A stretch of 64,000 bases of DNA from Acidimicrobiaceae bacterium (GCA_026706815.1 JAPOYA010000013.1:20378-84377), one strand, 5' to 3'. Positions 28,989 to 38,361 are shown, counted from the first letter of the stretch. Numbers and translations: made by a program. The notes: generated from the sequence alone by a model not told the origin.

Positions 28989-30305
28989 TCAAGGACTGCC
29001 GGGAATCCATTCCGTGCCAGCGAGGGGCACTCTGGCCATCGCTGCCGCCTCCACGGTGAGGGCGGCCAGATCCTCAGGTTCAAGGTTGTGGACATGGGAT
29101 TTTCCGTTGGCCCGTGCCAGCGTCTGGAGTTCCAGGGTCAAAACCTGCAGATAGTTGGCCAGGCGACGACCGGCCAGTTCGGGATCGAGGCGGCTCGCCA
29201 ACTCGGGTTCCTGCGTGGTGATCCCAGCCGGATCGTTGCCCGCTTGGAAGTCCTCCCAGAAGCCGGCCGCCGAACCCAATTCCCGATACTGCTCGTCCAA
29301 GGCCGGATCGTTGTCTCCGATGGCGATCAGCGCGGCAGTGCCGAGCGAGACCGCGTCGGCCCCCAACGCTATTGCCTTGGCGACATCAGCACCTGAACGA
29401 ATCCCACCCGCAGCGATCAGTTTCACCTCACGATGCACTCCGAGTTCCTTGAGCGCCCGCACCGACTCCGGAACAGCGGCGATCGTGGGGATTCCGACAT
29501 GTTCGATGAAGACGTCCTGAGTGGCAGCCGTGCCCCCCTGCATGCCGTCGACGACTATCGCGTCTGCGCCCGCCTTTATCGCCAAGCAGGCGTCGTAGTA
29601 CGGGCGAGCAGCACCGACCTTGACATAGATGGGAACCTGCCAATCGACTATCTCGCGCAGTTCGATGATCTTGATCATCAGGTCGTCAGGACCCGTCCAG
29701 TCTGGATGACGACACGCCGACCGCTGATCGATCCCCTCGGGGAGGGTGCGCATCTCCGCCACGCGTTCATTGATCTTCTGCCCCATCAGCATCCCGCCGC
29801 CGCCCGGTTTGGCACCTTGCCCAACGACCACCTCGATAGCGTCGGCGCGGCGGAGATCATCTGGATTCATGCCGTAACGCGACGGCAAATACTGGCAAAC
29901 GAGCGTCTCGGAGTGGCCGCGCTCCTCAGCGGTCATACCCCCATCCCCGGTGGTCGTAGAGGTGCCCGCGGCGGTAGCACCCCGACCGAGGGCTTCTTTC
30001 GCCTGCGCCGACAACGATCCGAAACTCATGCCTGCAATGGTGATCGGAATGGCGAGGCGAACGGGTCGCTCCGCTCGCCCCTCACCGATAACAAGATCAG
30101 TCGCACAGGCCTCGCGATAGCCCTCCAACGGATAGCGAGACATCGAAGCACCGAGGAACACGAGATCGTCGAAGGTCGGCAGCTCGCGCTTCGCTCCCCA
30201 ACCTCGAATGCGATAGATCCCGGTGTTGGCCGCCCGCCTGATCTCCGCGATCACATTGCGGTCGAACGTGTAGGACTCACGGTGATGCCAAGCTTGCGGG
30301 CTCAT
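28989..30305 (-). CDS. glutamate-synthase-like FMN-binding subunit (MgsC/GltB domain-2 type)
   Basis: 438 aa with GQGAKPGGGGML and a TIM-barrel FMN pattern. An ATGA overlap joins it to the upstream gene. Confidence 0.75.
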   Translation of the reverse strand: MSPQAWHHRESYTFDRNVIAEIRRAANTGIYRIRGWGAKRELPTFDDLVFLGASMSRYPLEGYREACATDLVIGEGRAERPVRLAIPITIAGMSFGSLSAQAKEALGRGATAAGTSTTTGDGGMTAEERGHSETLVCQYLPSRYGMNPDDLRRADAIEVVVGQGAKPGGGGMLMGQKINERVAEMRTLPEGIDQRSACRHPDWTGPDDLMIKIIELREIVDWQVPIYVKVGAARPYYDACLAIKAGADAIVVDGMQGGTAATQDVFIEHVGIPTIAAVPESVRALKELGVHREVKLIAAGGIRSGADVAKAIALGADAVSLGTAALIAIGDNDPALDEQYRELGSAAGFWEDFQAGNDPAGITTQEPELASRLDPELAGRRLANYLQVLTLELQTLARANGKSHVHNLEPEDLAALTVEAAAMARVPLAGTEWIPGSP

Positions 30306-31012
30306 GGCCTGCCTTTCGCTGCGGCGGCCGCGTCGACGTCGTCGACATGGAAGTTGTAGAGCTCTCGGGCTGAGCCGTAGAGACGAAAGTCGCTCGGTTC
30401 GGCTGACATTGTTCCGGCCGGCAACGCGGCCGCTTCGAGCAGTCGGCTGAGCGTGTCGAGGTGCGGCGGGGTCATTTCCTTCTCAACGCAATCCGACCCC
30501 AACGATGCGACCTTGCCCCGCACGAACACCTCAGCTTCATATATCGAATCGCCGAGGTCGCGGTCGGCGTCGCCGAGCACCACCAGATTGCCGGCTTGAG
30601 CCATGAACGCGCTCATATGTCCGACACTGCCGCCGACCACAATGTCGACGCCTTTCATGGAAATGCCGCAGCGAGCCCCCGCGTTGCCTTCAATGACCAC
30701 CAAACCGCCGTGCCCGGTCGCTCCCGCAGACATCGTGGCGTTGCCGGTTATCCGCACGAGACCCGACATGATGTTCTCAGCGAGTCCGGTGCCGGCGTTG
30801 CCGTCGACGCGGACCGTTCCCGCCATGTTCATCCCCGCGCAGAAGTAACCGACGGATCCTTCAACATCGACGGTGACCGGTGTGGTCATGCCGACAGCTA
30901 TGGCGTGGGCCCCCCTTGGGTTGCGCACGACAAAATGACCTTCTTCGGTTTCGTGCAGGCGCTTGTTCAGTTCACGAAGCGTTGCCTGCGAAAGGTCGAT
31001 GGAGGTGGTCAT
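30302..31012 (-). CDS. GXGXG-motif protein (glutamate synthase C-terminal-domain type, MgsB-like)
   Basis: I set the start at ATG 31012 (MTTSIDLSQATLRELN), which overlaps the upstream stop as ATGA. The protein has repeated GNAG/GNAT beta-helix motifs. Confidence 0.75.
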   Translation of the reverse strand: MTTSIDLSQATLRELNKRLHETEEGHFVVRNPRGAHAIAVGMTTPVTVDVEGSVGYFCAGMNMAGTVRVDGNAGTGLAENIMSGLVRITGNATMSAGATGHGGLVVIEGNAGARCGISMKGVDIVVGGSVGHMSAFMAQAGNLVVLGDADRDLGDSIYEAEVFVRGKVASLGSDCVEKEMTPPHLDTLSRLLEAAALPAGTMSAEPSDFRLYGSARELYNFHVDDVDAAAAAKGRP

Positions 31013-31908
31013 GAGGCCAGGCTCCACGAGTAGACGCGGGAGGGTTCGGGTTCGAAGATCTCTGCATGGCTCACGTCGGGGAGTTGGGCTATGGCCCGGA
31101 ACTCCGACGACATCGCAACCCAATCGTCGGTTTCGGCGACGACGGCTGGCTTGCACGCAATCGGATCCCGGAGGATCGCAAAGCCGTTCTTCACGCCGAT
31201 CGCGAACGTGTAGAAGCCGTCGAGGTCGGTCAGGGCGCTGGTGAGGGCTCCGTCGATGGTGTCGCCGGTTCGCAGTTTCCAGGCGAGGTAGCCCGCAGCG
31301 ACTTCGGAATCGTTCTCCGTCTGGAACGACTCGCCTCGCTGAGCCAACCGTTCTCGAAGTTGGTTGTGATTCGACAGCGAGCCGTTGTGGACCAGGCAGG
31401 TGTCGGCCCCGGTCACGAAGGGGTGCGATCCGTTGGTGGTCACGGCGGATTCGGTCGCCATGCGAGTGTGCGCCATGGCGTGTGTGCCTCGTCGTGACGC
31501 AAGGTCGTAGCGACTCGCGACCAGATCGGGGTCACCGACCGATTTGTAGAGCTCGATCTGTTGTCCATAGCTCAACACGTCGATTCCTGTGACGTTGTCG
31601 ATGAGCCATTGGCGTGCAGCACGGCCATCGCCGGTTGTCTCGAACACGGCGTGGTCGTGGATCTCCCGCAGAGTGACTTCAGCTCCGAGTTCGGCTTCTA
31701 ACTCGTCGGCTGTCTGGCGACGGTTGATCGAATCGTCGGTCACCAGCACTGTGATCCTGGTTCGTTCGCTGTCGCCCTGGTCGTAGACGGCGAACCCGGC
31801 GCTGTCGGGGCCCCGCTCGCGCATCTCATGCAGCATGACCGCGGTGAGCCTCCCCAGTTCCTCGTGGTAGATGGGAGTTTTCAGGAACAAACCGACGATC
31901 CCGCACAT
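31009..31908 (-). CDS. class II (Ntn) glutamine amidotransferase (MgsA/GltB domain-1 type)
   Basis: I set the start at ATG 31908 so that the protein begins MCGIVGLF, giving the obligatory N-terminal Cys. The ORF-track start at 31956 adds 16 implausible residues. Confidence 0.8.
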   Translation of the reverse strand: MCGIVGLFLKTPIYHEELGRLTAVMLHEMRERGPDSAGFAVYDQGDSERTRITVLVTDDSINRRQTADELEAELGAEVTLREIHDHAVFETTGDGRAARQWLIDNVTGIDVLSYGQQIELYKSVGDPDLVASRYDLASRRGTHAMAHTRMATESAVTTNGSHPFVTGADTCLVHNGSLSNHNQLRERLAQRGESFQTENDSEVAAGYLAWKLRTGDTIDGALTSALTDLDGFYTFAIGVKNGFAILRDPIACKPAVVAETDDWVAMSSEFRAIAQLPDVSHAEIFEPEPSRVYSWSLAS

Positions 31909-31927
31909 GCTTGAGAACCTTAGCCGC

Positions 31928-31982
31928 ATCTCTTGACAACGGTGAAGAGATTTCACCTACAGTAGAGGTTTCCTCAGGTGAA
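31928..31982. promoter_or_regulatory. candidate divergent promoter/operator: overlapping inverted repeats around a TTGACA box
   Basis: ATCTCTT-N10-AAGAGAT spans 31928-31951 and encloses TTGACA at 31933-31938. GGTGAA-N5-TTCACC spans 31941-31957, and a third GGTGAA lies at 31977-31982. All sit in the 110-bp gap between the mgsA-like and gmaS-like starts. Confidence 0.4.
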
Positions 31983-32018
31983 TCGCGTGCAGGTTCAGAT
32001 CAGACGAAGGAGTTGCCG

Positions 32019-33374
32019 ATGGGCGCATACGAAGAGATCAAAGCACGGGTCGAAAACGACGGTGTCGAGTTCGTTTACGCAATGTTCGTGGAGATGCACG
32101 GCAAGCCGTGCGCCAAACTCGTCCCGGTTGAAGCGCTCGAGACGGTGATGAACGAGGGAGCCGGATTCGCAGGTTTTGCAGCTGGTCCTATCGGCCAGGA
32201 CCCCTCCAGCCCCGACATCCTGGCTATTCCCGATCCCGCGTCGTACACGCAGCTGCCATGGCAACCCAATGTCGCCGCCTTGCAATGCGACCCGACTGTT
32301 GAAGGGGAACTCTGGCCCTACGCACCACGCGTGATCCTTCGACGAGCCCTCGACGATCTCGCGTCGCGCGGTCTGGTGTTGAACGTCGGGGTCGAAGCGG
32401 AGTATTCGTTGGTCAACAAGAACCCGGACGGGTCGATCGTGGTCGCGGACGAGCGTGACGTGGACGAACAGCCCTGCTACGACGCCAAGGGTCTCACCCG
32501 CATGCTCCCCCATCTCACCGAGGTCTCACACAACCTCAACGCCATGGGCTGGGGCAACTACGCCAACGACCACGAGGACGCCAACGGCCAGTTCGAACAG
32601 AACTGGCAGTATTCCGACGCCCTCACCACCGCTGATCGGCTGGTGCTGTTCCGGTTGATGATCCACACAATGGCCGCGCGCGACGGCCGCTATGCAACTT
32701 TCATGCCCAAGCCCTTCGCCGACAAGACCGGCAACGGGCTCCACGCTCATTCCAGCCTCTGGTCACTCGAGGGCGAACCGCTCTTCGTCGGAGGAGACGA
32801 CGACCCCAAGGGCTTGGGGTTGAGCGAGCTGGCATATCAGTTCGCGGCCGGATTGATCGAGCATGCCCCCTCACTAGTCGCGATTCTTTGCCCCATTGTC
32901 AACTCTTACAAGCGCATGGGGGTTGGTGCTCCGACGTCGGGCGCGACCTGGGCGCCCGCCTATGCGGCGTATGGGGGCAACAACCGCACACAGATGATCC
33001 GCGTACCCGAGCCGGACCGGCTGGAGCTCCGTCTCGCCGATGGAGCAGCGAACCCGTATCTCATGTTCGCAGCGATGCTCGCCTGCGGGCTCGACGGCAT
33101 CGACCGAGGCCTCGACCCCGGTCAACCGAACGAGGACAACCTGTTCAAGCTGTCCGCTGAGGAAATCGCCGAACGAGGGATCGTCACCCTGCCGCCGACT
33201 CTGCTGCACGCCGCAGAGAACCTGGCAGCCTGCGATGTGCTTGAGAAGGGTCTCGGGATGACCCCCGACGGCTCCTATCGGGACTATTTTGCGAAGACCA
33301 AAAGGGCCGAGTTCATGGCCCACCATCATCAGGTCACCCAAGCTGAGATCGACCAATATCTCACCCTGTTCTGA
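32019..33374 (+). CDS. type III glutamine-synthetase-family ligase (GmaS / gamma-glutamyl-amine synthetase type)
   Basis: I set the start at ATG 32019, 7 nt after GAAGGAG (MGAYEEIKARVENDGVEFVYAMF...). The protein has a GS catalytic-domain pattern and sits divergent from the mgsABC-like genes, as in N-methylglutamate-pathway clusters. Confidence 0.75.
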   Translation: MGAYEEIKARVENDGVEFVYAMFVEMHGKPCAKLVPVEALETVMNEGAGFAGFAAGPIGQDPSSPDILAIPDPASYTQLPWQPNVAALQCDPTVEGELWPYAPRVILRRALDDLASRGLVLNVGVEAEYSLVNKNPDGSIVVADERDVDEQPCYDAKGLTRMLPHLTEVSHNLNAMGWGNYANDHEDANGQFEQNWQYSDALTTADRLVLFRLMIHTMAARDGRYATFMPKPFADKTGNGLHAHSSLWSLEGEPLFVGGDDDPKGLGLSELAYQFAAGLIEHAPSLVAILCPIVNSYKRMGVGAPTSGATWAPAYAAYGGNNRTQMIRVPEPDRLELRLADGAANPYLMFAAMLACGLDGIDRGLDPGQPNEDNLFKLSAEEIAERGIVTLPPTLLHAAENLAACDVLEKGLGMTPDGSYRDYFAKTKRAEFMAHHHQVTQAEIDQYLTLF

Positions 33375-33407
33375 GAATCGACCCCACCACAGAGCCATCT
33401 GAAAACA

Positions 33408-34070
33408 ATGCCGAACGACCGAAGCGAATCAGAAGCGCCGCGGACCGTCAACGACAGCCGGACAGGCCGATTGACAACCGATGAGGTCTGCGAGAGCGTT
33501 GGTCGGCGAGTACGTGAACTCCGGGTAGGCATGGGGTTGACCATGGAGCAGTTCGCGGACGCTGCCGGGCTGTCGATCGGGATGCTCTCCAAGGTCGAGC
33601 ATGGGCAGACCTCGCCCAGTTTCAGCACACTCATCAGCCTGGCCGACGCCGCCGAGGTTCCCTTCACAGCCTTCTTCCGAGGACTGGACGAGGAACGCGA
33701 CGCCGTGGTCGTCCCTGCGGGACAGGGAATGGAGATCATCCACGAAGGCGCCGGCCCGGGCAGGGTGTACCGCGACCTCGGATCGCTGCGAGGTCCTACC
33801 CGTGAGATCGAGTCGCTGTACGTCACGATCACCGAACCCGACGAGGTCTTCCCGTTGTTCCAACACGGCGGCGTCGAGTTCATATACATCCTTGAAGGCT
33901 GCGTCGAATACGGCTACGGCACCAAGCGGTATGTGCTCAACACGGGCGACTCGATGCAGTTCCGGGGCGAGGTAACACACGGCCCCACCGCGCTGATCAA
34001 ACTCCCGTTGCGCTTCCTGTCGTTGAAAGTCACCTATCCCCCCGACTCGAACTCCGGCTCCAACGGTTGA
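33408..34070 (+). CDS. XRE-family HTH regulator with C-terminal cupin domain
   Basis: The HTH is LTMEQFADAAGLSIGMLSKVEHGQTSPS, followed by a cupin-like C-terminal half. The gene starts 33 nt after the gmaS-like stop. Confidence 0.8.
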   Translation: MPNDRSESEAPRTVNDSRTGRLTTDEVCESVGRRVRELRVGMGLTMEQFADAAGLSIGMLSKVEHGQTSPSFSTLISLADAAEVPFTAFFRGLDEERDAVVVPAGQGMEIIHEGAGPGRVYRDLGSLRGPTREIESLYVTITEPDEVFPLFQHGGVEFIYILEGCVEYGYGTKRYVLNTGDSMQFRGEVTHGPTALIKLPLRFLSLKVTYPPDSNSGSNG

Positions 34071-34110
34071 ATCCACACTCTGTCAACTCTGGTGCCCCTA
34101 GGGTTGAAGG

Positions 34111-35220
34111 GTGGATCTGCGGCTGAGCAAAATCCTGAGTCGGGTGGGACTCGTCACAGACGGTTGGGCGGTGAGCCAGCCTCAACACAATCGGTGGCTC
34201 ACCGCCGATATCTGGGAACTGATCCAAGATGATCACCATCTCGTCGTGAAGCGATTCGCCCGCCGACGTGACGGGGGCACCACAGCGTTCACCCAGCACT
34301 GGTCACATAGCTGCGAGTCTCCCGATCACTGGAATTACTGGCTTCGGGAGGCTCTGGCCTACCAATCCGGTGTCGTTGGGTGCTTCGCCGAAGAAGGCTT
34401 ACGGGCACCGATTTGCATCGGTGTAGACATCGCCGACGAGGACGCGGTTGTCGCAATGGAATTCGTGGACGGTACACCGGCGGAGCGCTGGGACATCGAC
34501 ACCTATGCCGATGCAGCAAGGCGCCTGGGGGCAGCACAAGGCAAACTTGCTCCCGGCGGGGGGCTCCCAGACATTGAGTGGTTGTCTCAAGGTTTCTTGC
34601 GCGACTACAGCACCGAAAAACCTGTGATTTGGGATTTGCTCGACGACGATCACTCATGGAACCAAGCACTCGTCGCAGAGAACTTCCCGCCGACTTTGAG
34701 GTCGGCCGCCAATGAGTTGCACGCACACCGCCATCGCCTCTGCTCGTTGCTTGAGTCGCTTCCACGCACCCTGTGTCACCTTGACTTCTGGACCAAGAAC
34801 CTGATCCAGGCTGACGACGGGAGCTTTGTTCTGCTGGATTGGGGTTTCGTCGGCATCGGAGCACTCGGCGAGGACGTCGGGAACCTCGTACCTGACGCAG
34901 CATTCGACCTTTTCATCGAACCACATCAACTTCGGGAACTTCGCCGGACCGTGCTTTCGTCGTATGTCGACGGTCTCAATGATTCCGGTTGGAGCGGTGA
35001 TCCAAGAGTCGTCGAGTTGGCGATGGCCGCCTCGGCGGTCAAATACGACTGGCTCACACCATTGATGCTCGAACGGGCCTCAGCTGGCCAGCACCGACGT
35101 TACGGCGGGTTGGAAACGGTCAACTCGGCAGAGTTGTACGCGAAGCGAGGCGCCGCGCTGCTCGACAATGCCCAACAAGGTCTCCACGCCCTTCAACTTG
35201 CCGAAGAACTAGCACTCTGA
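34111..35220 (+). CDS. aminoglycoside-phosphotransferase-fold (APH/choline-kinase-like) kinase
   Basis: Has the catalytic loop CHLDFWTKNLI (HxDxxxxN) and metal-binding LLDWGF. Confidence 0.65.
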   Translation: MDLRLSKILSRVGLVTDGWAVSQPQHNRWLTADIWELIQDDHHLVVKRFARRRDGGTTAFTQHWSHSCESPDHWNYWLREALAYQSGVVGCFAEEGLRAPICIGVDIADEDAVVAMEFVDGTPAERWDIDTYADAARRLGAAQGKLAPGGGLPDIEWLSQGFLRDYSTEKPVIWDLLDDDHSWNQALVAENFPPTLRSAANELHAHRHRLCSLLESLPRTLCHLDFWTKNLIQADDGSFVLLDWGFVGIGALGEDVGNLVPDAAFDLFIEPHQLRELRRTVLSSYVDGLNDSGWSGDPRVVELAMAASAVKYDWLTPLMLERASAGQHRRYGGLETVNSAELYAKRGAALLDNAQQGLHALQLAEELAL

Positions 35221-35233
35221 ACACCTGGCGGGG

Positions 35234-35605
35234 CTAGTGAAGCAGTCTGTCTATGGCCTCGATCAGGGGTTCGTTTCTGGCGGGTTTGCGGAGTACTTCG
35301 TCGGCTCCTGCGGTGCTGGCGAGCCCGGTGGCGAACTCTGGACTCTGGTGCATGCCACCCGCGGACAGGGCCACGATCCCGGCACGAGGGCAGGCCCAGC
35401 GCAACGCCTTTATGTACTCGATCGCGGTCATTTTAGGCATCACGGCCTCGGTCACAACCACGTCCGGTTTCCGAGAAGCTGCAAGCTCCAGGGCCGTTTC
35501 GCAGCCGTCGGCTTCAATCACCTCATAGTCCCCAGAAGCATCCAACAAACGCTTCAACGCGTACCGCACTCCCGGGTCGTCGTCAGCCACCAACACGGTC
35601 GCCAC
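35234..35605 (-). CDS. stand-alone receiver-domain protein with Glu at the phospho-acceptor position
   Basis: CheY-like: DDD at residues 8-10, LSAGG and RKP are present. The conserved phospho-Asp position reads PDVVVT-E-AVMP (Glu53, GAG at 35447-35449). Confidence 0.8.
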   Translation of the reverse strand: MATVLVADDDPGVRYALKRLLDASGDYEVIEADGCETALELAASRKPDVVVTEAVMPKMTAIEYIKALRWACPRAGIVALSAGGMHQSPEFATGLASTAGADEVLRKPARNEPLIEAIDRLLH

Positions 35606-35608
35606 TAT

Positions 35609-36625
35609 TCAGCCTCCTAGGGCTTCGTCTGCTTGGTGTCGGGGGATCAGGACTTGGAACGTTGAACCCTCACCATAAGACGACTCCGCGGTGATCCTGC
35701 CCGACCATCCGTGAACTTGGTCGTAAGCGATGGTCAGGCCCAGACCGGCGCATCCGTCGGCCGATTTGGTGGTGAAGAACGGGTCAAATACTTGGGCGAG
35801 CACATCATCGGTCATGCCGATGCCCTGGTCGGCCACAGTGACACTGAAGTAGCTGCCAGCTGAAACTCCCTGCACCCGCGCCTGGGCCTCATCCAATGTT
35901 TGGGCTGAGAGTCCCACCGTGATCTCGCCCCCACGTTTCATGGCCTGCGCTGCATTGGTGAGCAAACTCGTGAACACCGAGTCGAACTCTTCACGGTTCA
36001 CCGAGATCACACCGGACGCGTCGTTGAAGCGGGGCACTATCGTCACATCGTTTCCGACCGACTTTGCTACCTCAGCGATCACACCGGACAACCCCCGCGA
36101 TGGCACAATCTCTTCTGCCTCGCCGAATCCGCCAGCGGGATCTGCCAATGAACTCTCGAGAATCTTGCACCCCCGCTCTGCCGCCAAGAGGATGCGGCCC
36201 ATATTCTCCTTCTGCGGTTCACTATCGGTTTGGTCGACTCCCAATTGCGCCAACGTGACGATCGGCTGCATCACATTGTTGAGCTCCCGGGTGAGTCCAC
36301 CGGCCAGTTGGCCCATCGCGGCCATCTTGTATGCCTCGCCGATCTGTTCCTCCATCGCCTGACGTTCTTGAATCGCTTCTTTGAGCTGTCCGACGGTATG
36401 GGCAAGCCGGTCGTTGAGGTGAGCTACTTCCAGCCAGCGCCGCACCGCGAACCAGGAGGTGACCAGAGCGAGCGTTGGCACAGCGGCAAGAAGCTCGACG
36501 AGCAGCCATCCTTCCTGGTCACGCGTGAAGTCCGAGACCGTCTCGTACAAGTCGATACTGACAAAGAAGAAGAAGATGACAATGCAGGCAATGGCACCGA
36601 TGATCATGTCTCTTCGCGGGTTCAT
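35609..36625 (-). CDS. membrane histidine-kinase-like protein with Arg at the H-box histidine position
   Basis: Has two N-terminal TM helices and a coiled coil. The H-box region reads KMAAMGQLAGGLT-R-ELNNVMQPI (Arg113, CGG at 36287-36289). The N (LLTNAAQAM), G1 (DQGIGM), F (FDPFFTTK) and G2 (GLGLTI) boxes are intact. Confidence 0.8.
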   Translation of the reverse strand: MNPRRDMIIGAIACIVIFFFFVSIDLYETVSDFTRDQEGWLLVELLAAVPTLALVTSWFAVRRWLEVAHLNDRLAHTVGQLKEAIQERQAMEEQIGEAYKMAAMGQLAGGLTRELNNVMQPIVTLAQLGVDQTDSEPQKENMGRILLAAERGCKILESSLADPAGGFGEAEEIVPSRGLSGVIAEVAKSVGNDVTIVPRFNDASGVISVNREEFDSVFTSLLTNAAQAMKRGGEITVGLSAQTLDEAQARVQGVSAGSYFSVTVADQGIGMTDDVLAQVFDPFFTTKSADGCAGLGLTIAYDQVHGWSGRITAESSYGEGSTFQVLIPRHQADEALGG

Positions 36626-36715
36626 GCGACCTCCCGGCCTGTGTTACGTCCCGGCCGCCCTCATGCTAGAGCCTTGGGCCAAACGTGCCAGTGACGAATC
36701 GATCAATAGGTGTGT

Positions 36716-37558
36716 TCAAGTTGAGGGGCAGGTGGCGACTACTTCGCCGCACAGATAGGCCCAGAAACCGTCGGCTTGGGTCGACCAACGGCGGAACGCG
36801 TCGGAGATCTCCTGCAGTTCTGCTCGGGTGGAGAGTCCGTGGTCAACGGCGTGGCGCGCGAAATCGCTGTCGATGACTCGTACTGCCCACATCTCACCCC
36901 AGAACGCCCGCCCTTGTGCGTCGGCATGGCTGACGCTGCTGGTGGTGACTTCAGGGTCGGCAAAGCCAGCTGCTGTCACCCAGGACAACAAATTCCTACC
37001 CGCGTCGGGTTCCCCGCCGTTGGCCCTGGCCACCTGGTGATAGAGCTGTCGCCAGCGAACGATGGCCTCGGTCACCGGAGCGTGGACCATCGTCTCATAA
37101 TCGGAGTCGCGCACCGCCACGATACCCCCGGGTTTCAGCACCCTGCGGGCTTCCCGCAGGGCCCGGACAGGCTCTGACAGATGTTGGAGTACTTGATGGG
37201 CGTACACCACGTCGAAGCTGTCGTCGCTCCACGGCAGGTCGTAGGCCGAACCGACTTCGAACGTCGCATTGCCGATACCGCGGTCTGCAGCGTGATTTCG
37301 AGCAGCGTCGGTCATCTCCGCGGATGCGTCCAGTCCAACCACTCGTCCGACCCGTCGAGCCAAACCGCTTGTGATAGTGCCGGGGCCGCAACCCAAATCG
37401 AGCAGAACCATGTCCGGTCGCAGGCGGGGCAGCAGAAAACCCGCGCACGCCTCAGCGGTACGCCGCATGTATGACCCCACGATCACCTCGTGGTACCCGT
37501 GCGTGTAGCGCTCGCCGCTCGGTTGGTGCTCGGTTGATGAGATCGGATCGTCAGTCAA
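36716..37558 (-). CDS. class I SAM-dependent methyltransferase
   Basis: Has motif I VLLDLGCGPGT and the later Rossmann-fold motifs. Confidence 0.8.
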   Translation of the reverse strand: MTDDPISSTEHQPSGERYTHGYHEVIVGSYMRRTAEACAGFLLPRLRPDMVLLDLGCGPGTITSGLARRVGRVVGLDASAEMTDAARNHAADRGIGNATFEVGSAYDLPWSDDSFDVVYAHQVLQHLSEPVRALREARRVLKPGGIVAVRDSDYETMVHAPVTEAIVRWRQLYHQVARANGGEPDAGRNLLSWVTAAGFADPEVTTSSVSHADAQGRAFWGEMWAVRVIDSDFARHAVDHGLSTRAELQEISDAFRRWSTQADGFWAYLCGEVVATCPST

Positions 37559-37572
37559 GGTATTCGTGCGTC

Positions 37573-38361
37573 TCAGGAACCCGTGAAGTCGGGGCGGCGT
37601 TTCTCAACAAAAGCGGCGATTCCTTCCCTGCCGTCGTTGGTTGCGGCCGCGCCGGTGATCATCACTCCTTCAATCTCACCAGCTTCTTCGAGGGACCGCT
37701 CGTATCCCTCATAGATGACACGCTTGGCGTTGCCTGTCGCATACAGGGCGCCGTCGGCTAGTTGTTGCGCGAGCTGCTGAGTTGCCTCGTCCACCTCATC
37801 ATCGGGCACCACTCGGTTCACCAACCCCCAGGCCTCCGCTTCAACTGCCGACAACGTCCGGTTGGTGAGCGTGAGGTCGAGCATCCGACGCAAGCCGATG
37901 TGGCGGGCAACGAAGAAGCTGGAAGTCCCGTCGGGTGTCATCCCCGCTCGGGTGTAGGCCATCGTGTACTTGGCCGACTCGCCTGATACCACCAGGTCAA
38001 AAGCCCCCACCAGCGAGAGTCCTGCTCCACCCACTCCACCACGGACCCCGGCCACGAACGGTTTGGTGATGCGGTTCATCTTGTAAATGGACGTGTGGAA
38101 GTCTGCGAGCAGATCCGCGACATGTTTGGGAAGGTCCGCGCCTTTGGAATGGAACTCTTTGAGGTCGCCACCAGCGCTGAACAGCTTGCCTTCAGCAGTC
38201 ACCGACACGGCGCGCACTTCGTCATCCCACTCGATTTCGAGCATCACCTTTCGCAAGTCCGCAGCGAATATCCGATTGACGACATTGGCGGCATCGCCTT
38301 GGGTGAACCTCACGTGGGCCACATGGTCACGCACTTCGTAGCTGATGGTGGCCAGATCCAT
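37573..38361 (-). CDS. enoyl-CoA hydratase/isomerase (crotonase) family protein
   Basis: FSAGGDLKEF and the GGAGLSLVGAFDLVV oxyanion-hole patterns are present. Confidence 0.85.
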   Translation of the reverse strand: MDLATISYEVRDHVAHVRFTQGDAANVVNRIFAADLRKVMLEIEWDDEVRAVSVTAEGKLFSAGGDLKEFHSKGADLPKHVADLLADFHTSIYKMNRITKPFVAGVRGGVGGAGLSLVGAFDLVVSGESAKYTMAYTRAGMTPDGTSSFFVARHIGLRRMLDLTLTNRTLSAVEAEAWGLVNRVVPDDEVDEATQQLAQQLADGALYATGNAKRVIYEGYERSLEEAGEIEGVMITGAAATNDGREGIAAFVEKRRPDFTGS

